64,000 nucleotides of DNA, taken from Christensenellales bacterium (GTDB lineage Bacteria; Bacillota; Clostridia; Christensenellales; DTU072). A program made the translations under genes and the position numbers. Under the pieces are notes generated by a model. The model was given only the letters and a program-made list of their open reading frames with translations, ran no database searches and was not told where the DNA came from. The number at the start of each line of letters is the position of its first letter. The first letter of the stretch is position 1. Positions 10,217 through 19,642 of the stretch are shown here, piece by piece. The stretch is from contig JBMNTS010000004.1 in assembly GCA_050945855.1 (NCBI GenBank), positions 5,464-69,463 of the forward strand. Direction: 5' to 3'.

Positions 10217-11398
10217 ATGAAGGTATATCTGGACAATTCCGCAACCACAAAAATCGCGCCCGAAGTGCTGGAGGCTATGATGCCTTACCTTACGGATACT
10301 TTCGGCAATGCCAGCAGTCTGCACGCGTTCGGCAGGGCGGCGGCGGGAGCGGTCGCGGAAGCGCGCAGTACCATAGCCAAACTAATCGGTGCGGACAGCG
10401 ATGAGATATATTTTACTTCCGGAGGGACGGAAAGCGATAATTGGGCGGCAAAAGGCGCGGCCTTTATACAAAAGAATAAAAGCGGGCATATAATAACCAG
10501 CGAGATAGAACATCCCGCGATGCTTCAGACTATGAAGTGGCTGGAAAAACAAGGTTTTTCCGTAAGCTACGCCAAAATTGACAAGGGCGGCTTTGTCAGC
10601 GCGGAAGAAATAAAGCGGCTGATAAGAGATGACACCTTTTTGGTCAGTATTATGTACGCCAACAACGAAGTAGGCTCAATTCAGCCCATTTCCGAGATAG
10701 GCGCCATCTGCAGGGAAGAAGGTATATTGTTTCATACCGACGCCGTGCAGGCAATGAGCACCATAAAAATTGACGTTAAGGCAATGAATATTGATATGCT
10801 CTCTATGTCGGCGCATAAGTTTAACGGTCCTAAGGGCATCGGAGCGCTGTATATCAAAAGAGGAGTCAAACTGGATACCATTGTCGCAGGCGGGCATCAG
10901 GAACGCGCAAAGCGGGGCGGCACCACCAATACCGCCGCCATAGTGGGCATGGCAAAGGCGTTGGAGATTACCTGCGCGAATATGGAAAAGAACAATCAAA
11001 AAATGTTAAGGCAAAGGGATTACTTTATAGACAGGGTGTTAAAGGAGATACCTTATACCTCCCTTAACGGCTCAAGGGAAAACAGGCTGCCCTTTAACGC
11101 CAATTTCAGTTTTGATTTTATAGAGGGCGAGTCGATACTTATGAGTCTGGATTTGGCGGGGATAGCGGTCAGCTCCGGCTCCGCATGCTCCTCCGGTTCT
11201 CTGGAGCCTTCCCACGTAATACTTGCCTTGCAGGTACCGCCGGAGCAGGCACATAGCTCTATTCGGTTTACACTGGGTCACGACACTACGGATGAGGAAT
11301 TGGATTACGTAATAGAAAAATTAAAGGAATGCGTGGAAAAGCTGAGACGCTGGTCGCCGCTTTTTAATGTGCAGTCAGGTGAAGGGCACTATGTATAA
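10217..11398 (+). CDS. nifS: Cysteine desulfurase, NifS/IscS type
   Basis: VYLDNSATT, PLP-lysine SAHKFNGPKG, catalytic loop SSGSACSS. The ATG at 10217 is preferred over the TTG at 10211 on RBS spacing. Confidence 0.92.
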   Translation: MKVYLDNSATTKIAPEVLEAMMPYLTDTFGNASSLHAFGRAAAGAVAEARSTIAKLIGADSDEIYFTSGGTESDNWAAKGAAFIQKNKSGHIITSEIEHPAMLQTMKWLEKQGFSVSYAKIDKGGFVSAEEIKRLIRDDTFLVSIMYANNEVGSIQPISEIGAICREEGILFHTDAVQAMSTIKIDVKAMNIDMLSMSAHKFNGPKGIGALYIKRGVKLDTIVAGGHQERAKRGGTTNTAAIVGMAKALEITCANMEKNNQKMLRQRDYFIDRVLKEIPYTSLNGSRENRLPFNANFSFDFIEGESILMSLDLAGIAVSSGSACSSGSLEPSHVILALQVPPEQAHSSIRFTLGHDTTDEELDYVIEKLKECVEKLRRWSPLFNVQSGEGHYV

Positions 11399-11762
11399 TG
11401 ATAAAGTATTAGAGGTTTTTGCCAACCCGAAACATATAGGGATAATGGAAGACGCTTCCGCGGAAGGCATTGTGGGCAACGCGAGCTGCGGAGATATTAT
11501 GAAAGTTTTTCTTAAAATAGAAAACGACGTTATCGTCAAGGCTTCCTTTCAGACTTTCGGGTGCGCCGCGGCAATAGCGGCCACGGATACCGCTATGGGT
11601 ATGATTACCGGAAAAACGCTGGACGAGGCGCTTAAGGTTACCAACGCGGACGTTGTGGAGCAATTGGAAGGGCTGCCTCCTCAAAAGATACATTGTTCGG
11701 TAATGGCGGAGGAAGCGGTAAGAGAAGCCATTGACAATTACAGAGCCAAGCAAAAAGGCTAA
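11391..11762 (+). CDS. nifU: Fe-S cluster assembly scaffold, NifU N-terminal/IscU type
   Basis: Three conserved Cys (GNASCGD, FGCAAAIA, HCSV). The internal ATG at MYNDKVLE is preferred, with an AGGTGA RBS upstream. Confidence 0.9.
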   Translation: MYNDKVLEVFANPKHIGIMEDASAEGIVGNASCGDIMKVFLKIENDVIVKASFQTFGCAAAIAATDTAMGMITGKTLDEALKVTNADVVEQLEGLPPQKIHCSVMAEEAVREAIDNYRAKQKG

Positions 11763-11811
11763 ATTCAACCTAATATTTAATTAAAAGTATATCTAATCGG
11801 TATTTCGGTTA

Positions 11812-11840
11812 TTGACCGAAAGGCGCTTTTATGCTAAAAT
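11812..11840 (+). promoter_or_regulatory. Sigma-A type promoter, TTGACC-17 nt-TAAAAT with an extended -10 TGc
   Basis: Hexamers read directly from the sequence, about 18 nt upstream of the 11858 gene and its GTGAGG RBS. Confidence 0.5.
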
Positions 11841-11857
11841 CTAAGTGAGGTTCTACT

Positions 11858-12994
11858 ATGAAGAAAAAATGTTTTTTTATTAAAGTATTGAAAGGGATAG
11901 GGACTGTCCTGTTGAGCATTGCTTTCGCCTTTGTAGGTCTTGCGTTTGTACTGTTGGTACAGCCCAAGCAGAATTTAGAGCTGGTGGGCGCGATACAACC
12001 CGTAGCACATCGCGATCTTGAAGTGGCTAAAGACGAGGACGGCTACTGGACCATAACCAAGCCCGACGACAGCGAGCTGGTTATCCTGCAGCTTACGGAT
12101 ATACATATCGGCAACAGCCTGTTTACCCAAGGGAGGGATAAACTTGCCATAGAGGCCGTTACAAAGATAGTCAATCATGTTCAGCCCGACCTTATTATCG
12201 CTACCGGCGACATCGTGTATCCCATCAATATTCAGGGCGGCAACGGCAACAACCTTGCCTCTTATAAGATTTTCGCGGGTATGATGGAGTCTTTCGGCAT
12301 CCCCTGGGCGCTTACCTTCGGCAATCATGACAGCGAATTTTTAAGTTTGTATACCAAACAGGAGTTGGGCGAATACCTTGTGACCCTAGAGCATTGCCTG
12401 TTCCAGCCCGGTCCTGCGGATATCAACGGCGTGGGTAATTATGTTATTAAGGTGTTAAATAGCGACGGCAGCCTTAACAACGCGCTTGTTCTGATGGATT
12501 CCAACGCTTACGAAGATTACAACCCGTGGCATTATGACAAAATCCGCGATAACCAGATAGTCTGGTATGAGAATACCCTCAAAGCAATTTCACCCTCCGA
12601 GGAGGATTTGGTCCCTTCGCTTGCCTTCTTCCATATCCCGTTAAACGAGTTTGAGGATGCGTGGCGGCTTTACAAACAGGACTCCGACGAAGTGGAGTAT
12701 TTGTTCGGCGCGGCAAGAGAGCCTGACGAAAAAGTGTGCGCTCCTTATACCAAAGGCAATATGTTTGACAAAATGGTGGAACTGGGCAGCACAAAAGGAG
12801 TATTTGTGGGTCACGACCATTACAACAACTGGTCTATCCGCTATAAGGGAATAGAATTATCCTACGGCTATTCCATAGATTACCTTGCGTACTCCACCGC
12901 CATAAAGAAAGTAGACCAGAGGGGCGGCACGATTATCCGCATCGCTGACGACGGCTCGTACTACACCGAAAAGAAACTGCTTATTGATATGTAA
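11858..12994 (+). CDS. Membrane-anchored calcineurin-like metallophosphoesterase
   Basis: N-terminal TM helix. Metallophosphoesterase motifs LTDIHIG, TGDIVY, GNHDSE, FFHIP, GHDHYN. Confidence 0.85.
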   Translation: MKKKCFFIKVLKGIGTVLLSIAFAFVGLAFVLLVQPKQNLELVGAIQPVAHRDLEVAKDEDGYWTITKPDDSELVILQLTDIHIGNSLFTQGRDKLAIEAVTKIVNHVQPDLIIATGDIVYPINIQGGNGNNLASYKIFAGMMESFGIPWALTFGNHDSEFLSLYTKQELGEYLVTLEHCLFQPGPADINGVGNYVIKVLNSDGSLNNALVLMDSNAYEDYNPWHYDKIRDNQIVWYENTLKAISPSEEDLVPSLAFFHIPLNEFEDAWRLYKQDSDEVEYLFGAAREPDEKVCAPYTKGNMFDKMVELGSTKGVFVGHDHYNNWSIRYKGIELSYGYSIDYLAYSTAIKKVDQRGGTIIRIADDGSYYTEKKLLIDM

Positions 12995-13026
12995 TACATG
13001 CTGAATAATAAGGCAAATTATCCTAC

Positions 13027-13057
13027 AAGCCAAGCCTTAAAGGTTTGGCTTTTTTGC
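13027..13057 (+). terminator. Rho-independent terminator after the phosphoesterase gene
   Basis: AAGCCAAGCCTT / AAGGTTTGGCTT stem followed by a T-run. Confidence 0.7.
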
Positions 13058-13240
13058 GATAAGATATGTGGGAGGATAAAGAGAGTGGCGACGGATGGTG
13101 GAATTATGATTTTGAGGGTAGAAAACTTATTCGCAGGCAAACGCTTAAATAAAATTATCAAAATGAATAAACATAAGACCCTAACCTTTTTACGATAAAG
13201 AGGATTCTATAATGTTGATTAAAGGGATTAACGGTTTAAG

Positions 13241-13269
13241 AAAAAAGGCGGCTTTTCACCGCCTTTTTT
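13241..13269. terminator. Bidirectional hairpin terminator
   Basis: AAGGCGG-cttttca-CCGCCTT, flanked by an A-run on the left and a T-run on the right. Lies immediately 3' of the minus-strand small ORF. Confidence 0.65.
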
Positions 13270-13374
13270 CTATTTTTTTAATTTTTGCATTACGTTTTTG
13301 ATATCATCGTTTTGCATTAGCATTGCTACGCCGATTGCTCCCAGGGTTAACCCTGCCCAAAATCCATTTCTCAT
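13270..13374 (-). CDS. Small 34-aa membrane protein (MRNGFWAGLTLGAIGVAMLMQNDDIKNVMQKLKK), resembling the YtxH N-terminus
   Basis: Hand-translated; it is below the ORF-track size cutoff. GGAGG RBS 5 nt upstream of the ATG, one hydrophobic helix, terminator directly after the stop. Confidence 0.45.
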   Translation of the reverse strand: MRNGFWAGLTLGAIGVAMLMQNDDIKNVMQKLKK

Positions 13375-13437
13375 TTCTGCCTCCGTTTTTTATAGTATAT
13401 ACAAAAAACGCGGGCTAATTATGTAAGATTTTGCATA

Positions 13438-14184
13438 TCATTCAGCGGCGGACAGCAAAAAGGTATCCGGCGTAATATGCTCAAAAATAATCAAGTCCGC
13501 CTTTGCCTCTATTGCGCTTGCCAGCTTTTCGTCATTGTTGATTGTCCACAGCGCCAGCTTGATTTTTTTCTCTTTTACCAGTCTTGCCATTCTTTTATAT
13601 GTAACGCCTTTTGCGTCGTATGCCAGAAAATGGTATTTGCCGAATTTGTAGGACAGCCCGGAAATCACGTAAAAATATATGAAGTTCAAAAAGGTGTTTT
13701 TTGGTCTTATTGCCAACTGACCTCTGATAAATTCATTTGCGTGTTTGTTAAACCATTTAATGGTATATGGATTAAAGGACTGAATAAAAACCCAATCCTG
13801 TTTGCCGTAAATCAATTTATACACCGCCTTTTCCAGCTTGGCGGAGAAGTTAAGGGCTTTAAGCTCCACAAGCAAGGCGACCTTACCGTCTATCAGTTCC
13901 AATAATTCGCTGAACAGAGGGATATGTTCGCCGTTGGGCAAAAGGTATTCGTCTCCTTTTATATCCTCAATAGTCAACTTAGAAATGCTTGCGCTCTTAC
14001 CCGTCATCCGTTTGGTGTTGGAATCATGAAACACAACCACGTTGCCGTCCTTCAACAGGTGCACGTCAATCTCTATGTTGTATCCCTTTTCGATAGCGTT
14101 GGCAAAAGCAGCCATTGAGTTTTCCGGAAATTCGCTGTTATGTAATCCCCTGTGCGCTATAGGGCTTGCCAGTAGTTTTTCCAT
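13438..14184 (-). CDS. Glycerophosphodiester phosphodiesterase family protein
   Basis: GDPD motifs HRGLH..ENS and EIDVHLLKDGNVVVFHD. Confidence 0.88.
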   Translation of the reverse strand: MEKLLASPIAHRGLHNSEFPENSMAAFANAIEKGYNIEIDVHLLKDGNVVVFHDSNTKRMTGKSASISKLTIEDIKGDEYLLPNGEHIPLFSELLELIDGKVALLVELKALNFSAKLEKAVYKLIYGKQDWVFIQSFNPYTIKWFNKHANEFIRGQLAIRPKNTFLNFIYFYVISGLSYKFGKYHFLAYDAKGVTYKRMARLVKEKKIKLALWTINNDEKLASAIEAKADLIIFEHITPDTFLLSAAE

Positions 14185-14214
14185 TATGACCTCCCATGTA
14201 TTGTATTAATATAA

Positions 14215-14850
14215 TTAAAAGCCCAGTGATTGATTTATCAAAATAACAAAAAAGTTTTCCATGCCCGAGGGAGGCATGTGGAGTATTACGGTTGCCCTGC
14301 AAATGGTATCGGGCAGCACGCAATGGGAACAAGCGCCGGTTGCCGCGCAAGGGGTGGCTTTGCTCAGCTTTTTTGTATTAAGCGGAGCGGCGATATTGCG
14401 CGCCCTTTGGATGCCCGCTTCCACGCTATCCGCGATTTTATTTACGCCGGCAACGCATATATAGTTGCGTGTGCCGAACAAAGACTTGCTGACCCTGTTG
14501 CCTCTGCCGTCAATATTGATGATTTCTCCCGTTGCGCTGATAGCGTTGGCGCTGGACACAAACCAAGGGGCGTTATGCATAAGTTCATATTGTCTGGCTT
14601 TATCAATACCCGTTTTTTCCATAAGGCTGCGATGGTATAGGGTAGGATTTTTTTGCGAAGCCGCAAGCGCGGGCAGCAGTCCCATTTGCTCCACCGTGAC
14701 GCTGCCGCCGAAGCCTATTACGGCGTCTTTTTCGATTATTTTCTCAATCAGAGCGCACGCTTCCTCACAATCTTGCACAAGAAACGCCTTAAAACCTCTT
14801 TTATTCAAATTATCGATAGTTTTTTTCGTATCCATTTTTTGCCTCACCAA
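14215..14850 (-). CDS. LUD-domain (lactate utilization LutC-like) protein
   Basis: Length and sequence resemble LUD/DUF1121-type proteins (GFGGSVT, NIDGRGNRV) with a C-terminal Cys cluster (CAATGACSHC..C). Confidence 0.65.
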   Translation of the reverse strand: MVRQKMDTKKTIDNLNKRGFKAFLVQDCEEACALIEKIIEKDAVIGFGGSVTVEQMGLLPALAASQKNPTLYHRSLMEKTGIDKARQYELMHNAPWFVSSANAISATGEIINIDGRGNRVSKSLFGTRNYICVAGVNKIADSVEAGIQRARNIAAPLNTKKLSKATPCAATGACSHCVLPDTICRATVILHMPPSGMENFFVILINQSLGF

Positions 14851-14948
14851 TTATTATACATCATAAACGGCAAGAGATAAAGTGCTTATCGAAATTATTT
14901 GCGTAAAGCGCAAAAATTATATATAATAGATTTGGTTTCAGGAGTTTT

Positions 14949-16751
14949 ATGGAAGAAAGAAAGAAGTATATAAGAAATTTTTGTATAATCGCTCATATCG
15001 ACCACGGCAAAAGCACGCTTGCCGACCGTATCATAGAGCTTACCGGCGTAGTTAAGGACAGGGACCTTAAAGAGCAAATGCTGGACTCTATGGATATCGA
15101 GCGGGAGCGGGGCATAACCATAAAACTTACGCCTGTCAGGATGGTATACGATTACAAAGGAAAGACTTATACTCTCAATCTTATAGACACTCCCGGACAC
15201 GTTGATTTCACTTATGAGGTATCCCGTTCTCTTGCGGCGTGCGAGGGGGCGATTTTGGTAGTGGACGCCACGCAGGGTATAGAAGCGCAGACGCTGACCA
15301 ACGTGTATCTTGCGCTGGATAACAATTTGGAAATCCTTCCCGTAATAAATAAAATTGACTTAGCAGCCGCAGAGCCCGAAATGGTGAAAAAAGAAATTGA
15401 GGACGTAATTGGGCTTGACGCCGCCGACGCGCCCTGCGTAAGCGCAAAATCGGGTCTTAACGTAGAGCAGGTATTAACCGGGATTATCGAAAAGCTTCCT
15501 CCGCCGGAAGGGCAGGATGACGCTCCATTGCGCGCGCTGATTTTTGACAGCCTCTACGACAACTATAAAGGCGCGATATGCAATGTGCGCATTGTAGACG
15601 GCTCGGTGCAGGCAGGGGACGAAATAGTGATGATGGCTACCGGCAAAACCTTTGAAATCACCGAAGTGGGAGTATTTACGCCAAAGATGACCCCTATTAG
15701 CAGGCTTATTTCAGGCGATGTAGGCTATATTGCCGCCAGCATAAAAAACGTAAAGGACATCAGAGTGGGCGACACCGTCACCTTGCAGAAGAATGGCGCC
15801 AAAGAGCCGCTAAAAGGCTATAAAAAAACCATACCTATGGTTTTCTGCGGCATATTTCCCGCGGACGGAGCCAAATACAACGACCTCAGGGATGCCCTTG
15901 AAAAGCTAAGTCTTAACGACTCCTCTCTGATTTTTGAGCCAGAAGTGTCCATAGCCCTCGGATACGGCTTCAGATGCGGGTTTTTGGGCTTGCTGCACAT
16001 GGAAATCATTCAGGAGCGATTGGAGCGGGAGTTTGACCTCGACCTTGTAACCACCGCGCCCAGCGTTTCCTATAAAGTTACCAGGACGGACGGAAATATG
16101 CTGATGGTGGACAACCCCGCCAATCTGCCCGATATTTCCGCGATTGAGAAGATTGAGGAGCCTATAGTAAAGGCGTTTATATACTCTCCGCCCGAATACG
16201 TGGGCGCGATTATGGAGTTGTGTCAGGATAAGCGGGGCACGTTTGTGGATATGAGCTATCTGGATACTTCCAGGGTTAAGATAGAATACTCCATGCCCCT
16301 CAGCGAGATTATTTACGACTTTTTTGACTCCCTGAAATCCAAAACAAAGGGATACGCCAGTCTGGATTATGAGTTATCCGGTTATAAGGAAAGCGATTTG
16401 GTAAAACTGGAATTTTTGTTAAACTCCGAACCTTGCGACGCGTTAAGCCTGATAGTGCACAAGGACAGGGCGTATAACAGGGGCAGACAGATAGCGGAGA
16501 AGCTCAAAGACGTAATTCCCCGCCAGATGTTCGAGATACCCATTCAGGCGGCGATAGGCAGCAAGGTAATAGCCAGAGAAACGGTTAAAGCGCTCAGAAA
16601 AGACGTTTTGGCAAAGTGTTACGGCGGCGACATAACCCGTAAAAAGAAGCTGCTGGAAAAACAAAAAGAAGGCAAAAAGCGTATGCGCCAGGTGGGCAGC
16701 GTGCAGATACCCAGCGAGGCGTTTATGAGTATATTGAAAATTGATAACTGA
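14949..16751 (+). CDS. lepA: Translation elongation factor 4 (LepA)
   Basis: GTPase motifs [22 protein letters not shown]. Full-length LepA C-terminal domain. Confidence 0.96.
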   Translation: MEERKKYIRNFCIIAHIDHGKSTLADRIIELTGVVKDRDLKEQMLDSMDIERERGITIKLTPVRMVYDYKGKTYTLNLIDTPGHVDFTYEVSRSLAACEGAILVVDATQGIEAQTLTNVYLALDNNLEILPVINKIDLAAAEPEMVKKEIEDVIGLDAADAPCVSAKSGLNVEQVLTGIIEKLPPPEGQDDAPLRALIFDSLYDNYKGAICNVRIVDGSVQAGDEIVMMATGKTFEITEVGVFTPKMTPISRLISGDVGYIAASIKNVKDIRVGDTVTLQKNGAKEPLKGYKKTIPMVFCGIFPADGAKYNDLRDALEKLSLNDSSLIFEPEVSIALGYGFRCGFLGLLHMEIIQERLEREFDLDLVTTAPSVSYKVTRTDGNMLMVDNPANLPDISAIEKIEEPIVKAFIYSPPEYVGAIMELCQDKRGTFVDMSYLDTSRVKIEYSMPLSEIIYDFFDSLKSKTKGYASLDYELSGYKESDLVKLEFLLNSEPCDALSLIVHKDRAYNRGRQIAEKLKDVIPRQMFEIPIQAAIGSKVIARETVKALRKDVLAKCYGGDITRKKKLLEKQKEGKKRMRQVGSVQIPSEAFMSILKIDN

Positions 16752-17883
16752 TTCGCCGCGGGGGCTTTACCTTCATATTCCCTTTTGCTTATCCAAATGC
16801 CATTATTGCGACTTTTTTTCCGTATCCGCAAGCGATGAGGTCATTAAGCAATATACAGACGCTTGCGTAAAGGAAATGCAGGCGCACCCTTTAAGACATA
16901 CCCCTATAGATACAATATATCTGGGCGGAGGCACGCCTTCGCTTTTGCCGATATCCCTTATAGAGCGATTGCTTTACGCCGTTTTTTCCGATTTCGCGGT
17001 AAACCCTATTGAAGTTACCATAGAAGTCAACCCATGTTCAGGCGCGGACGTCAGATTATATAAGGAATTGGGGATTAACAGATTAAGCGTGGGAGTCCAA
17101 TCCCTTAACGATAAAATCCTTGCCGCTTTGGGCAGGAGGCATACCGCGGGGGAGGCGCTGGCGATGCTGGAGAGGGCAAAAGCGTGTTTTGATAATATCA
17201 GCTGCGACCTTATGCTGGCGGTGCCTTATCAAAGTGAGGAGGACATAATAGGCGATATCAATACTTTATCAAATTATGCCTCGCATTTTTCCGCTTATCT
17301 TTTAAAGACGGAAACAGGCACATTAATGGATAAGTGGATTAAAGAAGGCAGATTTGCGCAAGTTTTAGCCGACGAGGACAAGGCGGCCGATTATTACCTT
17401 TTGGCGGTCAGCGAACTGCAACGGCAGGGCTACCAAAGATACGAGACCAGCAACTTTGCCCTGCCCGGCTTTGAGAGCAAACACAATCTTAAATATTGGC
17501 AAGGCAAGCAATATCTGGGGATAGGGGCGGGGGCGCACTCATACACCCAAGGCAAGCGCTACTGCATCCCTCCTGATATCAACGGCTATATAGCAGCGGT
17601 AAACGAAGGCAAAGACCCGCGCGTATTGATAGAAACGCCGGATACCGCGGAGCTTATTAAGGAAAGGATTATGCTGTCCCTGCGCCTTGCTCAAGGACTG
17701 GATATAGCCACATTCAATAAGGAGTTTTCCTTAGACTTTTTGGATATTTTCGGCGCGACCGTAAAAAAACTGAGCCGTTTTGTTCAGGTAAAGAACGGCT
17801 TTTTGTCATTAACCGGGGATGGATTTCTGCTGCAAAACAGTATTATCGCCGAATTTTTCTCCGCTCCGTATTTTGAGAAATGA
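16741..17883 (+). CDS. hemW: Radical SAM heme chaperone HemW (oxygen-independent coproporphyrinogen oxidase-like)
   Basis: [10 protein letters not shown] radical-SAM cluster motif and a HemN_C-like tail. TTG start overlaps the lepA stop. Canonical lepA-hemW order. Confidence 0.88.
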   Translation: MITDSPRGLYLHIPFCLSKCHYCDFFSVSASDEVIKQYTDACVKEMQAHPLRHTPIDTIYLGGGTPSLLPISLIERLLYAVFSDFAVNPIEVTIEVNPCSGADVRLYKELGINRLSVGVQSLNDKILAALGRRHTAGEALAMLERAKACFDNISCDLMLAVPYQSEEDIIGDINTLSNYASHFSAYLLKTETGTLMDKWIKEGRFAQVLADEDKAADYYLLAVSELQRQGYQRYETSNFALPGFESKHNLKYWQGKQYLGIGAGAHSYTQGKRYCIPPDINGYIAAVNEGKDPRVLIETPDTAELIKERIMLSLRLAQGLDIATFNKEFSLDFLDIFGATVKKLSRFVQVKNGFLSLTGDGFLLQNSIIAEFFSAPYFEK

Positions 17884-17932
17884 AAAATTTTCCGTTTTGT
17901 TCTATTTGATTGTAAAAAAGTGTATAAATCAA

Positions 17933-17960
17933 TTGACTTTGCATAGAATAGTGATATAAT
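17933..17960 (+). promoter_or_regulatory. Sigma-A promoter of the hrcA-grpE-dnaK-dnaJ operon (TTGACT-16 nt-TGaTATAAT)
   Basis: Near-consensus hexamers read from the sequence, immediately 5' of the CIRCE element. Confidence 0.7.
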
Positions 17961-17964
17961 AAAT

Positions 17965-17991
17965 TTAGCAGTCAAGTACATTGACTGCTAA
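17965..17991. promoter_or_regulatory. CIRCE operator (HrcA binding site), TTAGCAGTC-N9-GACTGCTAA
   Basis: Perfect 9-bp inverted repeat with a 9-nt spacer. It differs from the canonical TTAGCACTC-N9-GAGTGCTAA by one compensated position per arm. Located between the promoter and hrcA. Confidence 0.9.
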
Positions 17992-18020
17992 CAGTCAAAA
18001 AGAAGGTTTGCCAGCAAAGC

Positions 18021-19052
18021 ATGAAAGATAATACCTTGTCTTCAAGAAAACAAAAAATCCTCAAAGCGGTTGTGGACGAGTATATTAAAAACGACAGTCC
18101 CATTTCTTCCGCTGCAATTCAGGAGCGTTATCTTTCCAACGTAAGCACGGCTACTATAAGGAGCGAGTTGTCCAATCTGGAGGATATGGGCTATCTCATC
18201 AAGCCGCATACTTCGGCGGGGCGCATACCCAGCAAGATGGCTTACAAAACTTATGTGGAGAATTTTATTCAGAGTCATCCGCTCAACAGAGAAGAAATCG
18301 AGATAATTCACCGCAGTTTTGAAAAGCGGTATACCAAAATGTCCGAAATAGTGCGCCAAACCGCAAAAATTATCAGCGACCTTACAAATTACACTTCGGT
18401 CATGCTGGTCAGCGACATTAAAAAGGTGCGCATTAAGGAAATCAAACTTTTGGCGCTGGACGAAAAGCAAGTGCTTGTAGTAATTATCACGGACAGCGGC
18501 ATTATCAGGGACAACGTCATTTCCCTTTCTTCCGAAGTAAACGAGCAATACGTGCAGGAAGCCAATTTAATTCTCAATAATGTTTTTTCCAACAGGACTC
18601 TTAACGAAGTCAAGAATTTTGCCGCCGAGGTGGAAAAGGAACTGGCAGATTACAAGGAATTGTTTAACTGCATTATAGAAATTATGGAAGAGCAATCGGG
18701 GCAACCCGAAGCGCTGGTGCTGGAGGGGGCAAGCAAAATAGCCGATTATCCCGAGGTCAGCGCGAAAAACTTTTTATCCGTCATTGATAACAAAAAGGAG
18801 ATAATAAACCTTCTGGATAAAAAGAACGGCATTGAGTTCGCGGTTACAATCGGCAAGGACGATGAGGACAGGGGCATTGAGGGATGCGCTGTCGTCAGCG
18901 TAAAATATACGATTAACGGAGAGGAGTTCGGACGGGCGGGAGTAATCGGCCCTCAGCGAATGGACTACAATAAGGTGATGAGCGTGCTTGAGCATGTGGG
19001 AAAAACTTTGGAAATAGTGACAAAAAAAGATTTGGACGAGGATGGTAAATGA
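18021..19052 (+). CDS. hrcA: Heat-inducible transcription repressor HrcA
   Basis: N-terminal winged-helix RKQKILKAVVDEYI, full-length HrcA-like sequence, first gene of the dnaK operon. Confidence 0.94.
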   Translation: MKDNTLSSRKQKILKAVVDEYIKNDSPISSAAIQERYLSNVSTATIRSELSNLEDMGYLIKPHTSAGRIPSKMAYKTYVENFIQSHPLNREEIEIIHRSFEKRYTKMSEIVRQTAKIISDLTNYTSVMLVSDIKKVRIKEIKLLALDEKQVLVVIITDSGIIRDNVISLSSEVNEQYVQEANLILNNVFSNRTLNEVKNFAAEVEKELADYKELFNCIIEIMEEQSGQPEALVLEGASKIADYPEVSAKNFLSVIDNKKEIINLLDKKNGIEFAVTIGKDDEDRGIEGCAVVSVKYTINGEEFGRAGVIGPQRMDYNKVMSVLEHVGKTLEIVTKKDLDEDGK

Positions 19053-19606
19053 AAAAAGAAAAGCAAGCCGCAGAACAGGCCGAAAACAACGTAAAACAAG
19101 CGGAATCCGCCGGGCAGGAATGCGCCTGCGAGGAGTGCGCATGCAAAACATCCGAGAGAGCGGGCGAGGAAGAGAGCGTTATTGCAGAACTGGAAGCCAA
19201 ATGCGCGGAATATTTGGATATAGCGCAAAGAGTCAAGGCGGATTACGAAAATTATCGCAAGCGTACGCAGGAAGAAATGAAGCAGCTCTATTTTGAGGGC
19301 GCAAGCTGTGTTTTATACGATTTATTAAACATTATCGACAATTTTGAAAGGGCGCTTGCCGTTATGGCAGACGGTCCTGCCAAAGAGGGAGTGGAACTGA
19401 TAAAGAAACAGCTGGATGCGATAATGCAAAAGTATAATGTATCCGAAATTACGGCGTTAGGGGAGCAATTCAATCCCGATTTGCACGACGCCGTTATGCA
19501 GGTTGAGGACGCGGAGCAAAGCAACAATGTGGTAGAGGTACTGCAAAAAGGTTATATACGGCAGGGAAAAGTGCTCCGTTACTCCATGGTAAAAGTAGCG
19601 AAATAA
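19049..19606 (+). CDS. grpE: Nucleotide exchange factor GrpE
   Basis: GrpE core (DYENYRKR, HDAVMQ, GY.. GKVLRYSMVKV). ATGA overlap with hrcA. Confidence 0.94.
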   Translation: MKKEKQAAEQAENNVKQAESAGQECACEECACKTSERAGEEESVIAELEAKCAEYLDIAQRVKADYENYRKRTQEEMKQLYFEGASCVLYDLLNIIDNFERALAVMADGPAKEGVELIKKQLDAIMQKYNVSEITALGEQFNPDLHDAVMQVEDAEQSNNVVEVLQKGYIRQGKVLRYSMVKVAK

Positions 19607-19642
19607 CAACTAAAACAGTAAATAAACAAGGAGATATATAAT

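Noticed and set aside
12998-13198. 66-aa plus-strand ORF after the 11858 phosphoesterase gene
   Set aside because: It starts 3 nt after the upstream stop with no RBS, and it reads straight through a strong rho-independent terminator (13027-13057). The 29-codon ORF at 13213-13302 likewise runs through the 13241-13269 hairpin.
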